Shown piece after piece: positions 1-10,873 of a DNA stretch of 64,000 nucleotides; position 1 is the stretch's first letter; each line of letters begins with the position of its first letter. The notes beneath the pieces were generated by a model that did not search any database, had not been told where the DNA came from, and worked only from the letters and a program-made list of their open reading frames with translations. The position numbers and the translations under genes are program-made. The stretch is from Bdellovibrionota bacterium (lineage in GTDB: Bacteria; Bdellovibrionota_C; UBA2361; CALJRW01), in the NCBI GenBank assembly GCA_041740355.1, contig JBGSMD010000046.1, positions 1 through 64,000 on the forward strand, written 5' to 3'.

Positions 1-1
1 A

Positions 2-613
2 GTACCTATTGTAAATCCGGAAGAACAAACTCAGCAAAGTCGCCAAGTATCCCCTCTAACATATCGCGACTGTTTAATGACAGCTTATTTAGAGGGGAAA
101 ATTTATAGCGATAATCCGTCACTAATGGTTTCACTTCATACGATTCAGAATGTCTTAATTGCTCATGACATCGCTAAAGCGCATCGTGAACAACCAGATC
201 TAAGTTTTAAATATCAAGATACAACTGGAAAAATGAAAGCTTACTTGATCGCCTACCAAGGTGAGCATCAAAGTGTTGTTGAAGAAGAAAGCCTTGCCGA
301 GCAGAAAAAGGCTGAACCATGTATTTATATTTATGACTTTGCGGCAACGAATACTAATGGTGTTGCTGGCGGAAAAGTTTTACTTAATTTCTTAGAGCAA
401 TATCAACAAGAGTACTTGCAAACGGGAAATCCTTTGCCAATTTACATTGATGCGAGAGAGCGCACATCCTACAAATTACTAATGAATCAAATCAAATCTT
501 TTGAAAAACGCCTGGGATGTAAAATCAATATTGAGCATTTAGGAGAAGAAATGCGAGGAGCCGAAATAATGAAGAAAATTAAAATAACTCCGCAACTAGC
601 ACCAGTAACTTAA
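2..613 (+). CDS. Hypothetical protein, 5'-truncated by the window edge; possible GNAT-like fold
   Basis: The frame of ORF 77..613 stays open back to position 2. The pattern AYLIAY...IYIYDFAA...GGKVLLNFL...IYIDARERTSYKLL resembles a GNAT-like beta/alpha layout (weak). Confidence 0.6.
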   Translation, partial: VPIVNPEEQTQQSRQVSPLTYRDCLMTAYLEGKIYSDNPSLMVSLHTIQNVLIAHDIAKAHREQPDLSFKYQDTTGKMKAYLIAYQGEHQSVVEEESLAEQKKAEPCIYIYDFAATNTNGVAGGKVLLNFLEQYQQEYLQTGNPLPIYIDARERTSYKLLMNQIKSFEKRLGCKINIEHLGEEMRGAEIMKKIKITPQLAPVT

Positions 614-730
614 AAATATGCAGTTACTATAAATAATTAGAATTCCATTTAGTGCAGAGGATCTTCCGTCAAATTAGCATTCCGAGGTAAATAAGTTTGC
701 TGACACGGGATGTAACAGGATGGAAAAAAA

Positions 731-1684
731 CTAAGCAAAACTTTTTTTGTCTAGCATCGCTATAACTTTGCCTTGTTGCTGGATTTGTTCTAAAAATAGA
801 TCTAACTGTTTGGCGATAATTTGTTTAACGAGTTCTGGATCCTCTCTAAATTTTTCTATTGTCGGGGGTAACTTCAAATCGAGACGTTTAAATATATCAT
901 CTCGATCAATTCTGACGGATACTGAAGGTAACTTTTCAGGATCACTTGGATTACTGAGAAATGCTTCAGTGAGATTTTCCACAAGTCTATCACGCAAATA
1001 TGGCTTCTCCGCAACTAAATCAGAGAATTGTTCGAATCTTTTAAATATAGACTCTGTGTCATTTATGATGAATGAGTTCTCAGAATTTAATCTTGTAATA
1101 CGCAGGTTAATTTTGAAAATTTCTAAATCGCCCAAAGGATCTTTTGGATCATATGTCTTAATTAGTTCTTCTAGTTGTTCAACTTGTCTGGTGATTACTC
1201 CAGTCTGAACTAATCTAGCTTGGATTTCATTTAATGGACAAACTTCATAATATCTTTCGCCTAAAGTACTTAGACAACTCATCTCAGCGATTGCCTTAGC
1301 CGATCCATTTTTCGCTGCATGCTTCGTGCGAGCGTGTTCAGCTTCATGAGCAAACACATTACTTTCGTCATCAGATATTATTTCTTGGTATGTAGCGCTA
1401 GAAATCACTAAAAATGATTCAGAATTGATATCAGATTGCGCGCCAACTGCTCTTATTGTTTTTAGCAATTCGTCACTCACAATGACCGACGTAGCAGAAT
1501 ATTTCGCTAGTGAATTAACTTCATTTTCAAAATTACTCATTGCAGAGCCAGATGATGCAGTAACAATGATTTTTTGTGCGTAAAAATCTTGTCCCTCAAT
1601 TGTAAGGGTTATTTTATCGAGCCGATGACTTTGAGCCGGAGCATTTGTTGGGAGTGGTTGCTGATTAACAGTAAGGACAGTCAT
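731..1684 (-). CDS. Hypothetical protein with HEXXH zincin-like motif
   Basis: 317-aa ORF containing FAHEAEHA and a downstream Glu (NEIQAR). No signal peptide. Confidence 0.6.
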   Translation of the reverse strand: MTVLTVNQQPLPTNAPAQSHRLDKITLTIEGQDFYAQKIIVTASSGSAMSNFENEVNSLAKYSATSVIVSDELLKTIRAVGAQSDINSESFLVISSATYQEIISDDESNVFAHEAEHARTKHAAKNGSAKAIAEMSCLSTLGERYYEVCPLNEIQARLVQTGVITRQVEQLEELIKTYDPKDPLGDLEIFKINLRITRLNSENSFIINDTESIFKRFEQFSDLVAEKPYLRDRLVENLTEAFLSNPSDPEKLPSVSVRIDRDDIFKRLDLKLPPTIEKFREDPELVKQIIAKQLDLFLEQIQQQGKVIAMLDKKSFA

Positions 1685-1829
1685 TTGTATAGATCTGCAT
1701 TCCTAAGAGATATGATCCTGTGTATCTAGGAGACTTGATACTAAATAACTGAGATTTCGATATTATGTTCATGAAAAGCTATGGGTGTGCTATCGTTTTT
1801 AATGAAAATCGACAATAGTACTAATTATT

Positions 1830-2218
1830 ATGAGCTACCAAAGAATCTTAAATTTGAATAACTTGCTGAATCATAAGTCTTTTTTCTATTCGGACCACGT
1901 TCCACGGGAAAGACTAGCTTAATCCGTAATCAGCTTCCTCAGGCAACAGTTTCTGATTTATTGGATGCCGAGTTATTTCAAAATTTGGTTAGAAGATATA
2001 GCAATTTATGTTAATGGCGTAGCACTTCACAAATGGAAGTTGACCTAATAATTGGCAATGATTTAGCACTAGAAATTAAATCTACAGAGCTAGTTCAGGA
2101 TAGGCACTTAAAAGGCTTACGTGCTCTTAAAGAAGAGGGCGTAGTTAAAAATTATGCAATTGTTTCACAAGATCCTGAAAGGCGAACTACCTAAGATGGT
2201 ATCAAGATCATACCTTGA
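1830..2218 (+). pseudogene. Decayed AAA ATPase / DUF4143-type gene with internal deletion
   Basis: Manual translation gives MSYQRILNL..FFLFGPRSTGKTS (Walker A), then in the same frame LC*WRSTSQMEVDLIIGNDLALEIKS..RTT*DGIKIIP*. The N- and C-terminal motifs of the family are fused, with in-frame stops. Confidence 0.75.
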
Positions 2219-2454
2219 ACAATCTCAGGCAACGGTAAAGCCATTCATTATGTAAAAAATGTTGATACTAATTCTAGTTTTACCAATAGCATTGTTTCCT
2301 TAAAAACAAGAAATTTATCCAAGTTTGGTATAGAAGAATAAAGTTTAGTTGGATCACGTACACTTAAGAATTAGGAAAGTTTAGAAACGCTAAATTCATG
2401 ATACTTGCATGATTTTTATTGCTTTGTGAGCCTTTCTTCTTTATCTTAACTCCT

Positions 2455-3408
2455 ATGCCAACCAAGATACTATTTCACTTAATAAGCCTTTTTTGTACGA
2501 TAACAGTTTTTGCTGAAAATCAAACCATTCGTATCTGCCGTCCGAATAATATGGTTTCGGCCTTATTCTACATAGCTGAATCTGCAAAACTTTTTGAGAC
2601 AGAAGGCTTAACTCCCGAATTTCAAACGACAACTAACGGTAAGCTTTGTCAGGACACAATGCTAGCTAGAAAATCAGATTTCTTAATGACTGCCGAAGGA
2701 CCATTTACCTATATCGCTCAATATAATCCACCAATTAAAATTATTGCCACAACTCAGAAGAATCCGGAAACAGCAATCTTTGCCAGAAAAGATTCCGGTA
2801 TAAAGAGTTTTGCTGATCTAAAAGGCAAACGTTTAGGATATTTACCAGGAACAGTTTCCTACTTCTTTTTAACTCGAATATTGGAAAAGAATAGTATTGC
2901 CAAGACTGATTTAAAACTGACCGCGATGCAACCACCTACTATGCCTTCAGCTTTAATTGGTGGAGCAATTGATGCCTTTTCAATGTGGGAGCCTTGGGGT
3001 GCACAAGCAGGTGCTGTACTAAAAGATAATTTTATTATTTTAGAAGATACAGCGGCGTATCAATATGAATCAATCCTCTTGGCACATCAAGAAATTTTAG
3101 ATTCTAATCCCGAACAGGCTAAAAAATTACTACGAGTTTTAAAAAAAGCACTAAAATATTTAAATGAGAACCAAGAGGTAAGTTTTGATATTCTAACAAC
3201 TGCCCTTAAATTTGATCCCATTCCCCTACGACGTCTCTGGAACAAATATGATCACTCAGTTGGAACAGATGCAAGTGTTGTAAATTTAATGTCAGAGAAT
3301 TTTAAGATTCTACAAGCAGAAGATCTAAATTTTAAAGACATACCTTTGCCTGACTTTAATAAGTACTTAGATTTTAGTTATTTGAATTCAATCGAGGACA
3401 ACAAGTAG
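2455..3408 (+). CDS. ABC transporter substrate-binding protein, NitT/TauT/SsuA (NMT1-like) family
   Basis: Signal peptide, SGIKSFADLKGKRLG and GAIDAFSMWEPW motifs. ATG at 2455 preferred over the TTG at 2419. Confidence 0.9.
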   Translation: MPTKILFHLISLFCTITVFAENQTIRICRPNNMVSALFYIAESAKLFETEGLTPEFQTTTNGKLCQDTMLARKSDFLMTAEGPFTYIAQYNPPIKIIATTQKNPETAIFARKDSGIKSFADLKGKRLGYLPGTVSYFFLTRILEKNSIAKTDLKLTAMQPPTMPSALIGGAIDAFSMWEPWGAQAGAVLKDNFIILEDTAAYQYESILLAHQEILDSNPEQAKKLLRVLKKALKYLNENQEVSFDILTTALKFDPIPLRRLWNKYDHSVGTDASVVNLMSENFKILQAEDLNFKDIPLPDFNKYLDFSYLNSIEDNK

Positions 3409-3412
3409 TCAG

Positions 3413-4168
3413 ATGTTTAGCAATCTCACCTTACGTCTCTTTGGAATTCTGATCTTACCTCTAGTTTGGCTAGTAACGGCTGATCTCTTACAACTTGCCA
3501 GCCCTTTACTCTTACCAAAGCTTCTGGACGTTGTTGTCAGATTCTTTCAACTAATTACTGAGGGCACACTCTGGAAAGATTTTTATTCCACATTTTTACG
3601 TTGGGTAGCTGGGTACAGTTTAGGAATAGTTGCTGGAGTTCTCTGTGGATTAATTATTGGACTCTCCACTAAAGTTCGAATTGCCACCGAGTTTTTAGTT
3701 GAGTTCTTTAGAGCTATGCCGGTAACGGCTATCTTTCCTTTGTTTTTATTGGTGTTTGGAATTGCTGATAGTTCTAAAATCGCCATGGCCTTCACTCCTA
3801 CATTTTTACTAATGTTAGTTAATACAAGTTATGGTGTAACGCTAAGCGATCCCGGACGTCGTCGGATGGCACAAGTTTTTGGAGCAAGTAAATTTCAAAT
3901 TTTTCGTTATGTTGTGGTCTTCGATGCTTTGCCCCAAATTTTTGTTGGTTTAAGAATGGCCTTAGCTCAAAGTTTAATTGTAACGGTTGTTTCTGAAATG
4001 TTTATTGGAACTGACTATGGCTTAGGCCAAAGAGTTTATGATTCTTACTTAACAAGTTCCATCCCAACACTTTACGCACTGTTAATTGTTTTGGGAATTC
4101 TAGGATACGCTTCTAACAAAATGATTATTGCCTTAGAAACAAAATATGTTTTCTGGACAGGGAAATGA
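3413..4168 (+). CDS. ABC transporter permease, NitT/TauT (SsuC/TauC-like)
   Basis: About 6 TM segments with an EAA-like loop (MAQVFGASKFQIFRYVVVFDALPQIFVGLR). Confidence 0.92.
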   Translation: MFSNLTLRLFGILILPLVWLVTADLLQLASPLLLPKLLDVVVRFFQLITEGTLWKDFYSTFLRWVAGYSLGIVAGVLCGLIIGLSTKVRIATEFLVEFFRAMPVTAIFPLFLLVFGIADSSKIAMAFTPTFLLMLVNTSYGVTLSDPGRRRMAQVFGASKFQIFRYVVVFDALPQIFVGLRMALAQSLIVTVVSEMFIGTDYGLGQRVYDSYLTSSIPTLYALLIVLGILGYASNKMIIALETKYVFWTGK

Positions 4169-4938
4169 TCAAACTACATCAAGTTCAAAAAAGCTTTTTA
4201 CAAAACAACCGACGCAAGTTAGTACTTGAAAATATTAGTTTTGAATTACCGGCCGGGTCATTTACTACACTTTTTGGTCCTAATGGTTGTGGTAAATCGA
4301 CTCTTGTTAATATTATTTCTGGATTAGATCGACCAGATAGTGGGGAGATTCTTGGTCTTGATGCGATTCGAGGCAAGACTGCCTATGTCTTTCAAGATTA
4401 TCGGCGTAGCTTACTGCCCTGGGCGACTGCTAAGGAAAATATTTTATTTCCGCTAAAACTTCGCGGAGTCGCAAAGGAGGAACAGCAAAAACTTTTTCAG
4501 GAAGCCTTAGAGCTGGCCAAGATTAACTTAGACTGGAATCAGAGAGTACTTTCCCTCTCTGGTGGCCAAGCCCAAGCCGTGGCAATTTTGCGAGCGCTAA
4601 TAATTAAACCTAAGTTCTTAATTTTAGATGAACCATTTGCAGCACTTGACTTTGAGAGAACTCTCTTCTTAAGAGAAATGATCTCTGAGGTTTGTCACAA
4701 ATTAAATCTAACTGTCTTATTTATTTGTCATGATCTGGAAGAAGCAGTTATCCTAGGAGATCAAGTTTTGTTTCTATCAAGAGTACCTACAGTAGTTTTG
4801 CAACGTTTAGAAGTAAATTATCCAAGTCCGCGAGCCAATAACTTCTCTACAACAAATGAATTTTTACAATTAAAAGTTAAAGCTCTTCGGTATTTTGAGG
4901 AATGTTGTCAGTATTCTCAAGTTTCTGGTCAAAAATAG
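4165..4938 (+). CDS. ABC transporter ATP-binding protein, NitT/TauT family
   Basis: Walker A GPNGCGKST, LSGGQ signature, LDEPF Walker B and H-loop. ATGA overlap with the permease. Confidence 0.95.
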   Translation: MIKLHQVQKSFLQNNRRKLVLENISFELPAGSFTTLFGPNGCGKSTLVNIISGLDRPDSGEILGLDAIRGKTAYVFQDYRRSLLPWATAKENILFPLKLRGVAKEEQQKLFQEALELAKINLDWNQRVLSLSGGQAQAVAILRALIIKPKFLILDEPFAALDFERTLFLREMISEVCHKLNLTVLFICHDLEEAVILGDQVLFLSRVPTVVLQRLEVNYPSPRANNFSTTNEFLQLKVKALRYFEECCQYSQVSGQK

Positions 4939-4981
4939 ATTATTATTTAAATACGAAAGATGCCATGCTATTGTGTACAGA

Positions 4982-5953
4982 ATGAAATATCTTCTAACTA
5001 TCCTTCTTCTTTTTCCAACATTAAAAGTTTTTGCAGATACAAATGTTGGTGTGATTATTCCTTTAGCCGGGGACTTCGCTCGCTATGGAGAAAAAGTTCG
5101 CGAAGGAATATTAAGTGCTGATTCCAAGGATATTAAATATATTTTTGATGATGAGAAATGTAGCCCAAGTGCCGCAGTGACTGCCTATAAAAACTTATCA
5201 GCAATTCATTCTGCTAAATTCTTTCTTGGGCCTTGGTGCGGTTCTCCTCAAACTGCGCTGGCACCTTTAATTAAGAGTGGCGAGCAGTTGGCGATCCTTG
5301 GAAGTAGTGCTCCACGAAAAGTTTTTGAAATGTCAGGAGGTCGAATGTTTTCAACGCAACATTCGATTGAGCAAGAGTCAATCTATAATGCGGAGCAAAT
5401 TGCTAAAACTGGTGCTAAGCGAGTAGTGATTGTTTTTTTCGATAATGATTTTAGTCGTGCACATGAAACTGCTTTTCGGGAAGCATTCAAGGGCGAAGTT
5501 GTGGAGACCTTAACCTACAATTCACCAGAAGCCTTAGCTATTAAACCAATAGTTTCCAGAATTCGTCTGCGACATCCGGATGCCCTTTATGTCCCTGACG
5601 CTTTTCCTTTGATGCATGGACTGATTAAAGAGCTAAGAAATATGGGATTAAAAGATTTACCAGTTTATTCAGTATACTCGGCAGATTCGCCTGGAGTAGC
5701 TGAGGCTGTAGGGGAAGCTGGAGAAGGTTTGATTGTATCATATCCAGATATCGGAGAAGAGTCAGCCTTAGTCCATTTTCCAAAGTTAGCCGCCAAGATA
5801 TTGGCAGACGGCTTAAAAGCTTGTACCGAGAAGAATGTTGACTGCGTTTTAGATTCCATAAAGCAATCGAACCCGTTTGATAAATATGGAGTCTTGGAGG
5901 GAAAGTTAGGACAGAAGATACTCCTTAATGGGCAATTTATTTGGTATAAATAA
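4982..5953 (+). CDS. LivJ/LivK-like (type 1) periplasmic binding protein
   Basis: Signal peptide MKYLLTILLL, VGVIIPLAGDFARYG, DEKCSP, LGPWCGS. Confidence 0.85.
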   Translation: MKYLLTILLLFPTLKVFADTNVGVIIPLAGDFARYGEKVREGILSADSKDIKYIFDDEKCSPSAAVTAYKNLSAIHSAKFFLGPWCGSPQTALAPLIKSGEQLAILGSSAPRKVFEMSGGRMFSTQHSIEQESIYNAEQIAKTGAKRVVIVFFDNDFSRAHETAFREAFKGEVVETLTYNSPEALAIKPIVSRIRLRHPDALYVPDAFPLMHGLIKELRNMGLKDLPVYSVYSADSPGVAEAVGEAGEGLIVSYPDIGEESALVHFPKLAAKILADGLKACTEKNVDCVLDSIKQSNPFDKYGVLEGKLGQKILLNGQFIWYK

Positions 5954-5955
5954 TC

Positions 5956-7029
5956 ATGAAGAATTTTTATATTATCGCATTAGCAATCTTGACCACTATT
6001 AATTTTTTGCAAGCGGAAACTATTACGATTGGTATTCCAACTGTACTTAGTGGCGACTTCGCAATAGTTGGAGAGGGAGCTGAACGAACAATTCAAATTT
6101 ATAAAGAGCATGAGCTAAGACATGATCTAAAATTTGTTTTTGAAGATTCCAAGTTATCTAGCAGTGATGGCTATAAAGCATTTCAAAAACTAATTAATTT
6201 TGATCAGGTAGATTTAATATTAGGTGCCTGTACCTCCAATGCCATGATGGCTGCGAAAGGACTTGTAAATAGCAGTAAGACACCAATGGTTAGTATTTCT
6301 ACTGCTGGATATAATATTGATCAGGCTGGGGAGTATTTTTATCGAATAGGGAATAGCGATATTTTAAATGGCATTAACCAAGCTGATTATTTTATAAAAT
6401 CAAAAATTCTTAAAGTTGCTCTTTTAAGCGAAGAAACAGAATATACTCAGGACATTACCACTTCTTTTCGCAAACATTTTCTAGCAAATGGTGGAGAAAT
6501 TGTTTTTGATCAAAATTTTGCACCAGGAACTAATGATTTTAAATCATTAATTACAGCACTTAGATCCAAAAGCGCGCAAGCAATTTTTCTTCCAACTCAA
6601 ACTGGCACTGCCCTTGGATTATTTTTAAAACAATTAAATAATCAGACCATGATTTCTGATTATCAGATACACACCACTTTTGTTGCAGCCCCCAATCCTG
6701 ACGCTCATAAAATTGCGGGAGATTTAATTAAAGGTGTTTATTATATGGCACCAGATTACCAAAAAGAGAATCCTCGACTTGTTAAGCTTTTCAAGCTTTA
6801 TCAAGATAAATACAAATCCTTACCAGGATTGGAATTTCATGCTGCTGGTATAATCGATATGCTCGATTTAATTCAAATTTTCTTAGATAAAAATCCTGAG
6901 TTTAATGCACAGGCATTTAATAAATTTTTAATTGAGGAAGTTAATGATTATCAAGGCGTGCTTGGTAAGATAAACTTTGATTCTGAGGGTAACACAAATA
7001 TTGGATTTAAATTAGAGCAGATCAGATAA
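5956..7029 (+). CDS. LivJ/LivK-like periplasmic binding protein
   Basis: Signal peptide, IGIPTVLSGDFA, EDSK, DFKSLIT, GVLGKINFDSEG. Confidence 0.88.
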   Translation: MKNFYIIALAILTTINFLQAETITIGIPTVLSGDFAIVGEGAERTIQIYKEHELRHDLKFVFEDSKLSSSDGYKAFQKLINFDQVDLILGACTSNAMMAAKGLVNSSKTPMVSISTAGYNIDQAGEYFYRIGNSDILNGINQADYFIKSKILKVALLSEETEYTQDITTSFRKHFLANGGEIVFDQNFAPGTNDFKSLITALRSKSAQAIFLPTQTGTALGLFLKQLNNQTMISDYQIHTTFVAAPNPDAHKIAGDLIKGVYYMAPDYQKENPRLVKLFKLYQDKYKSLPGLEFHAAGIIDMLDLIQIFLDKNPEFNAQAFNKFLIEEVNDYQGVLGKINFDSEGNTNIGFKLEQIR

Positions 7030-7284
7030 ATTTTCTTAATGTATTCGGATTCGTCAATTCGCTTTAGTTTCTCTTCTGCTTGGTAATCAGTATTAACAAA
7101 CCTAACTCTTACAAACTCTAAGTATGCGCGATCAGAAATATATTTTACCTTTTGTGCGCGGGACATGCGGTAATTCTAAAAAGCAATTATTATTTTAGTA
7201 AGTTTAGAAGGTTAGCTATAAAATTACTTGCTTAAGGGTGTTCCGAAAGCTAGGCTTACCTAACTCACTTTAATATTCTAATTT

Positions 7285-8361
7285 ATGTCTAAAATATTCC
7301 TACTATCTCTTTTATTGATTTTCTCTAATACTTTAAATGCTGATAAAAAAGTAGTTGGATTTATCTCTGATTTGTCAGGCTATAACATTGACACTGGCAC
7401 TAGCTGTAAGCGTGGCTTTGATTTAGCAGTCAAACAGACTTCTACAGAATTTAACTCAGCAGTGGAAATTGTTTACGAAGATAGCCAATCTTTTCCTAAG
7501 TTTGCTGTTAATGCCTTCCAGAAATTAAAAAGTACGCAGCGATTAATTGGTGCATTCGTGTTTAGTTCTCCCAATGCTTTGGCACTTTCCCCCCTAATGT
7601 TAAATGAAAAAATCCCCTTAATGGCCATGGCTGGCTCTCAAGTCTTAACAGAGGAAAACCCTTTGTCCTTTAGCAGTTGGATTAGTTCTAGCACTGAGGG
7701 CGGTGAAAATGCTAAATCACTAGCCGCGCAAGGAATCAAAAAAGTAGCCATAATCACCACCGAGAATGATTACATGCTTGATGTCGCTAAGCACTTTCGT
7801 CTTGTAATCAAAAAAAGCAATTTAGAAATTGTGGCTGATGAACTTGTAGCTCATGATTTAATGGATTTTAAAGCAATTGTTGCTCGAATTTTAACTAAAA
7901 AACCAGAAGCAGTTTTTATTAATTTACACACTGGGACATCTCCCGCATTTCTTAAGCAACTGCGACAAGCTGGCTTTCAAGGAGAAGTTCATGGTACTTT
8001 TTATTTAGGCAAAGAAAATGAAATCAAAGCTGCTGGGATAGAAAATGCTGAAGGTGGAAAAGTTATTTCTATTCGAATTAATAATCCTAAGTATCAAGAA
8101 GAGTATCGTAAGACTTATGGAACTGGGGAAGATTCTGTCATGGAATATGCTTGTTTTACTGGAGCATCACTCCTGTTTCAATCTATTCAGATAATTATCG
8201 ATCAAGAAAAGGATCTTACTAAAGAGTCTTTACAAGCTGAAATGCTTAGTGCCAAAGAAGTTCAAATCTTTGAACAAAAAATTGCGCTAAAGGATCGTTG
8301 GTTTGACTATCAATATGGTTTTAAAGTAATTCGCGATGGAAAGACTGTGTTTATTGACTAA
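7285..8361 (+). CDS. LivJ/LivK-like periplasmic binding protein
   Basis: Signal peptide, VGFISDLSG, VYEDSQSFPKFAVNAFQKL, DFKAIVARI. Confidence 0.85.
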   Translation: MSKIFLLSLLLIFSNTLNADKKVVGFISDLSGYNIDTGTSCKRGFDLAVKQTSTEFNSAVEIVYEDSQSFPKFAVNAFQKLKSTQRLIGAFVFSSPNALALSPLMLNEKIPLMAMAGSQVLTEENPLSFSSWISSSTEGGENAKSLAAQGIKKVAIITTENDYMLDVAKHFRLVIKKSNLEIVADELVAHDLMDFKAIVARILTKKPEAVFINLHTGTSPAFLKQLRQAGFQGEVHGTFYLGKENEIKAAGIENAEGGKVISIRINNPKYQEEYRKTYGTGEDSVMEYACFTGASLLFQSIQIIIDQEKDLTKESLQAEMLSAKEVQIFEQKIALKDRWFDYQYGFKVIRDGKTVFID

Positions 8362-8575
8362 CTGCCAGAGAAATATAGATACTATATGTTGTAATCAGTC
8401 GAGATAGATAAGCTTTAATCTGAATACACAAAAACCCAAGATACAAAAAAACAAACTGCTCCTTTCCAGGCCTTTCAGTTAAAATAAATGGGTTTTAGTA
8501 GATCGAAATTATGCCAGTTGAATATTTTTAAGAGAGCTTTGATAAGTTCGAATCAAATTAAATTAGAATTAATTA

Positions 8576-10180
8576 ATGAAAAGCTCAGATCGAAGAATTG
8601 AAAAATTAGATATTATCACTTACCTAACTGGAATTTGCCTATATTTATTTTTGGCAACTTGGAGAATTCATTATCCAGGGCCATACTATGATGAATTACT
8701 TTTCGTTGATGCCGCAGCTTCTAAAAATCCAACATTATTCGTTCACAAGTCTTTTCTAGGCATACCTATTTTATTGATGAGTTATATTGGAGCATTGAAG
8801 TCTTGGATTTATACACCAATTTTCAATTTATTTGGCGTTAGTATTTATACCATTCGTTTGCCGATGATTCTTTTAGGTATCTGTACACTAAAGATCTATT
8901 TTTTTATTATCAAAAAACTGGTTAGGAATACAATCTTATTCTTCTTTTCATTTTTAATTCTTTGTTCCGATCCAGCCTTTAGTTTTATCAGTCGAATAGA
9001 TTGGGGACCGAATGCAATTGCCCATTTCCTGATTGCCCTACTACTTTGGCAGTTTTTAAATTACTTAAAAAATGGCTCTCCTTGGATTTTATTAGGAATT
9101 ATTTTTACTGGATTGATTGGGGTCTTTGATAAGTTAAATTTCATATGGTTTATAAATGGATTGATCTTTGCTGGAATAATTTTCTATTACAAAGAAATTT
9201 GGACTATCTTTAGGCTAAATCAAAGAACTAACAGTCTAATAATACTTTTTTCACTGATCCTTTCGGCCTGGCTACTAATTATTTGGATTCTTCCAACAGC
9301 ACTAAAAGTTGAAGGCCAAAAGAGCTTCGATCTATTTGCTAAAGCAAAACTTACCTATCCCCAGTTAAGTTCTACTTTAACAGCACAAGGAATGTTTGAG
9401 ATGGTTTTTGCTAGAAACTATCCCTTTACTGTCAAGTTGATTATTCCAGCAACCTTAGGAATTTCAATTCTAGGTCTTTTCTTTAAGAATAATAAGCAAA
9501 TAATTTTTGGTAGATTTTGCATGCTAATATCAATTTGTATCTTAGTGCAAATATTATTAACTCGATCAGCGGGTGGGCCACATCACTATCTGTTGATTTG
9601 GCCCTTAGCATGGCTTGTTATCCTGTTTCATTCTGAAGCAATTCTTAACTCTAACCGATTGTTTCGAGTTCCAGTCAATTCATTATTAATTCTGCTTCTT
9701 AGTACAAACCTAATTCATGGTAGCTATTTCTTCACGCAGTTAAATAATCCTAGAGATTGGAATCCAAAATGGTCGCCAGCGATGTATCAATTAATTAAGA
9801 ACCTAGAGCAAGATCCTCCTAAACAAATATTTTGTTTAGATTGGGGATTAGGAACTTCCATTAAAGCATTAGCGAATTTACCAAAAGATAGCGTTATCCA
9901 TGATATTTGGCCAAGTTTTTGGAAAGACACTAAGGAAAGTAAAGCATTAGAATTACGTAATGTAATTAAATCAAAAAGTTCTGATTTAACAAAAATTAAA
10001 CTTATTGAGTTTCTTCCTAGTCAAGCAAATAAGCCAGAAGTTCATCTTAATCTTAACAAACTATTACAATCAATAAAGCGCTATAAAGCTCAAGTTTCAT
10101 TAATTCAACTAAATGGATATGGATACTTAACTTATAGTTTTACAAAACGAATTCGCAGTCCACGTAAAAGAATAAAGTAA
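8576..10180 (+). CDS. GT-C fold membrane glycosyltransferase (ArnT/PMT-like)
   Basis: Multi-pass membrane protein with PGPYYDE after the first TM, YIGALKSW and HHYLLIWP. Confidence 0.75.
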   Translation: MKSSDRRIEKLDIITYLTGICLYLFLATWRIHYPGPYYDELLFVDAAASKNPTLFVHKSFLGIPILLMSYIGALKSWIYTPIFNLFGVSIYTIRLPMILLGICTLKIYFFIIKKLVRNTILFFFSFLILCSDPAFSFISRIDWGPNAIAHFLIALLLWQFLNYLKNGSPWILLGIIFTGLIGVFDKLNFIWFINGLIFAGIIFYYKEIWTIFRLNQRTNSLIILFSLILSAWLLIIWILPTALKVEGQKSFDLFAKAKLTYPQLSSTLTAQGMFEMVFARNYPFTVKLIIPATLGISILGLFFKNNKQIIFGRFCMLISICILVQILLTRSAGGPHHYLLIWPLAWLVILFHSEAILNSNRLFRVPVNSLLILLLSTNLIHGSYFFTQLNNPRDWNPKWSPAMYQLIKNLEQDPPKQIFCLDWGLGTSIKALANLPKDSVIHDIWPSFWKDTKESKALELRNVIKSKSSDLTKIKLIEFLPSQANKPEVHLNLNKLLQSIKRYKAQVSLIQLNGYGYLTYSFTKRIRSPRKRIK

Positions 10181-10239
10181 TAATTTGCTTGTTTGCCTAA
10201 CTAGTTGAATAACTATTAAAAACTATTATACTTCTTAGC

Positions 10240-10860
10240 ATGTTGTTACCCACATCAGATCTAGAAACCGCGGAAATTTATCAAGCAAGACTGGAAAAGC
10301 TTACTTTTAAAGCTTGTGGCTTTAAACACGATTTCGTTAAAAAAGATGGGACGTATGACTTTTTCTGTGAATCCCGCGAGAGCGAAAATTTGGGTTGTGC
10401 GCACATTCAAGATCGAGCAATTCGTTCGACCATTAAATTCTTAGCTAAGCTTCAAATTATTACTTTACCAGAACAACATAAATTAATTCATGCGTTATCG
10501 ATGGTTAATTTAGATCTTGCAGCTTTAGATATTTGGACTCAAGAGCTTGATTCTTTGCTTCGAGCGCTCCCTAAGCTTGATCCACAATTATATAAAGGCA
10601 AGCTGGAACAGCAAGGCTTAAATCAGGCAAGATTTATATCTTCACCTGAATTATTAAAATTAGCCCCAAAGGAAGAGCAAGAAATTGTTGTACTTCCGAA
10701 GATTTATTTGAAAGAAAAACTCAGCATTATTTTAAAACAAATAAGAACGGGCAAATCAATAGATGCTAAGGTTACGGCACAAGCTTTAGTATTAAAAATG
10801 GATCATTGGCTAGCGCAGGATGATAATGCCCCGCTTAATTTTGATTGGACTCTTAATTAG
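10240..10860 (+). CDS. Hypothetical protein
   Basis: 206-aa ORF filling the intergenic space. No recognisable motif. Confidence 0.6.
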   Translation: MLLPTSDLETAEIYQARLEKLTFKACGFKHDFVKKDGTYDFFCESRESENLGCAHIQDRAIRSTIKFLAKLQIITLPEQHKLIHALSMVNLDLAALDIWTQELDSLLRALPKLDPQLYKGKLEQQGLNQARFISSPELLKLAPKEEQEIVVLPKIYLKEKLSIILKQIRTGKSIDAKVTAQALVLKMDHWLAQDDNAPLNFDWTLN

Positions 10861-10873
10861 CTTAGCAACTATA

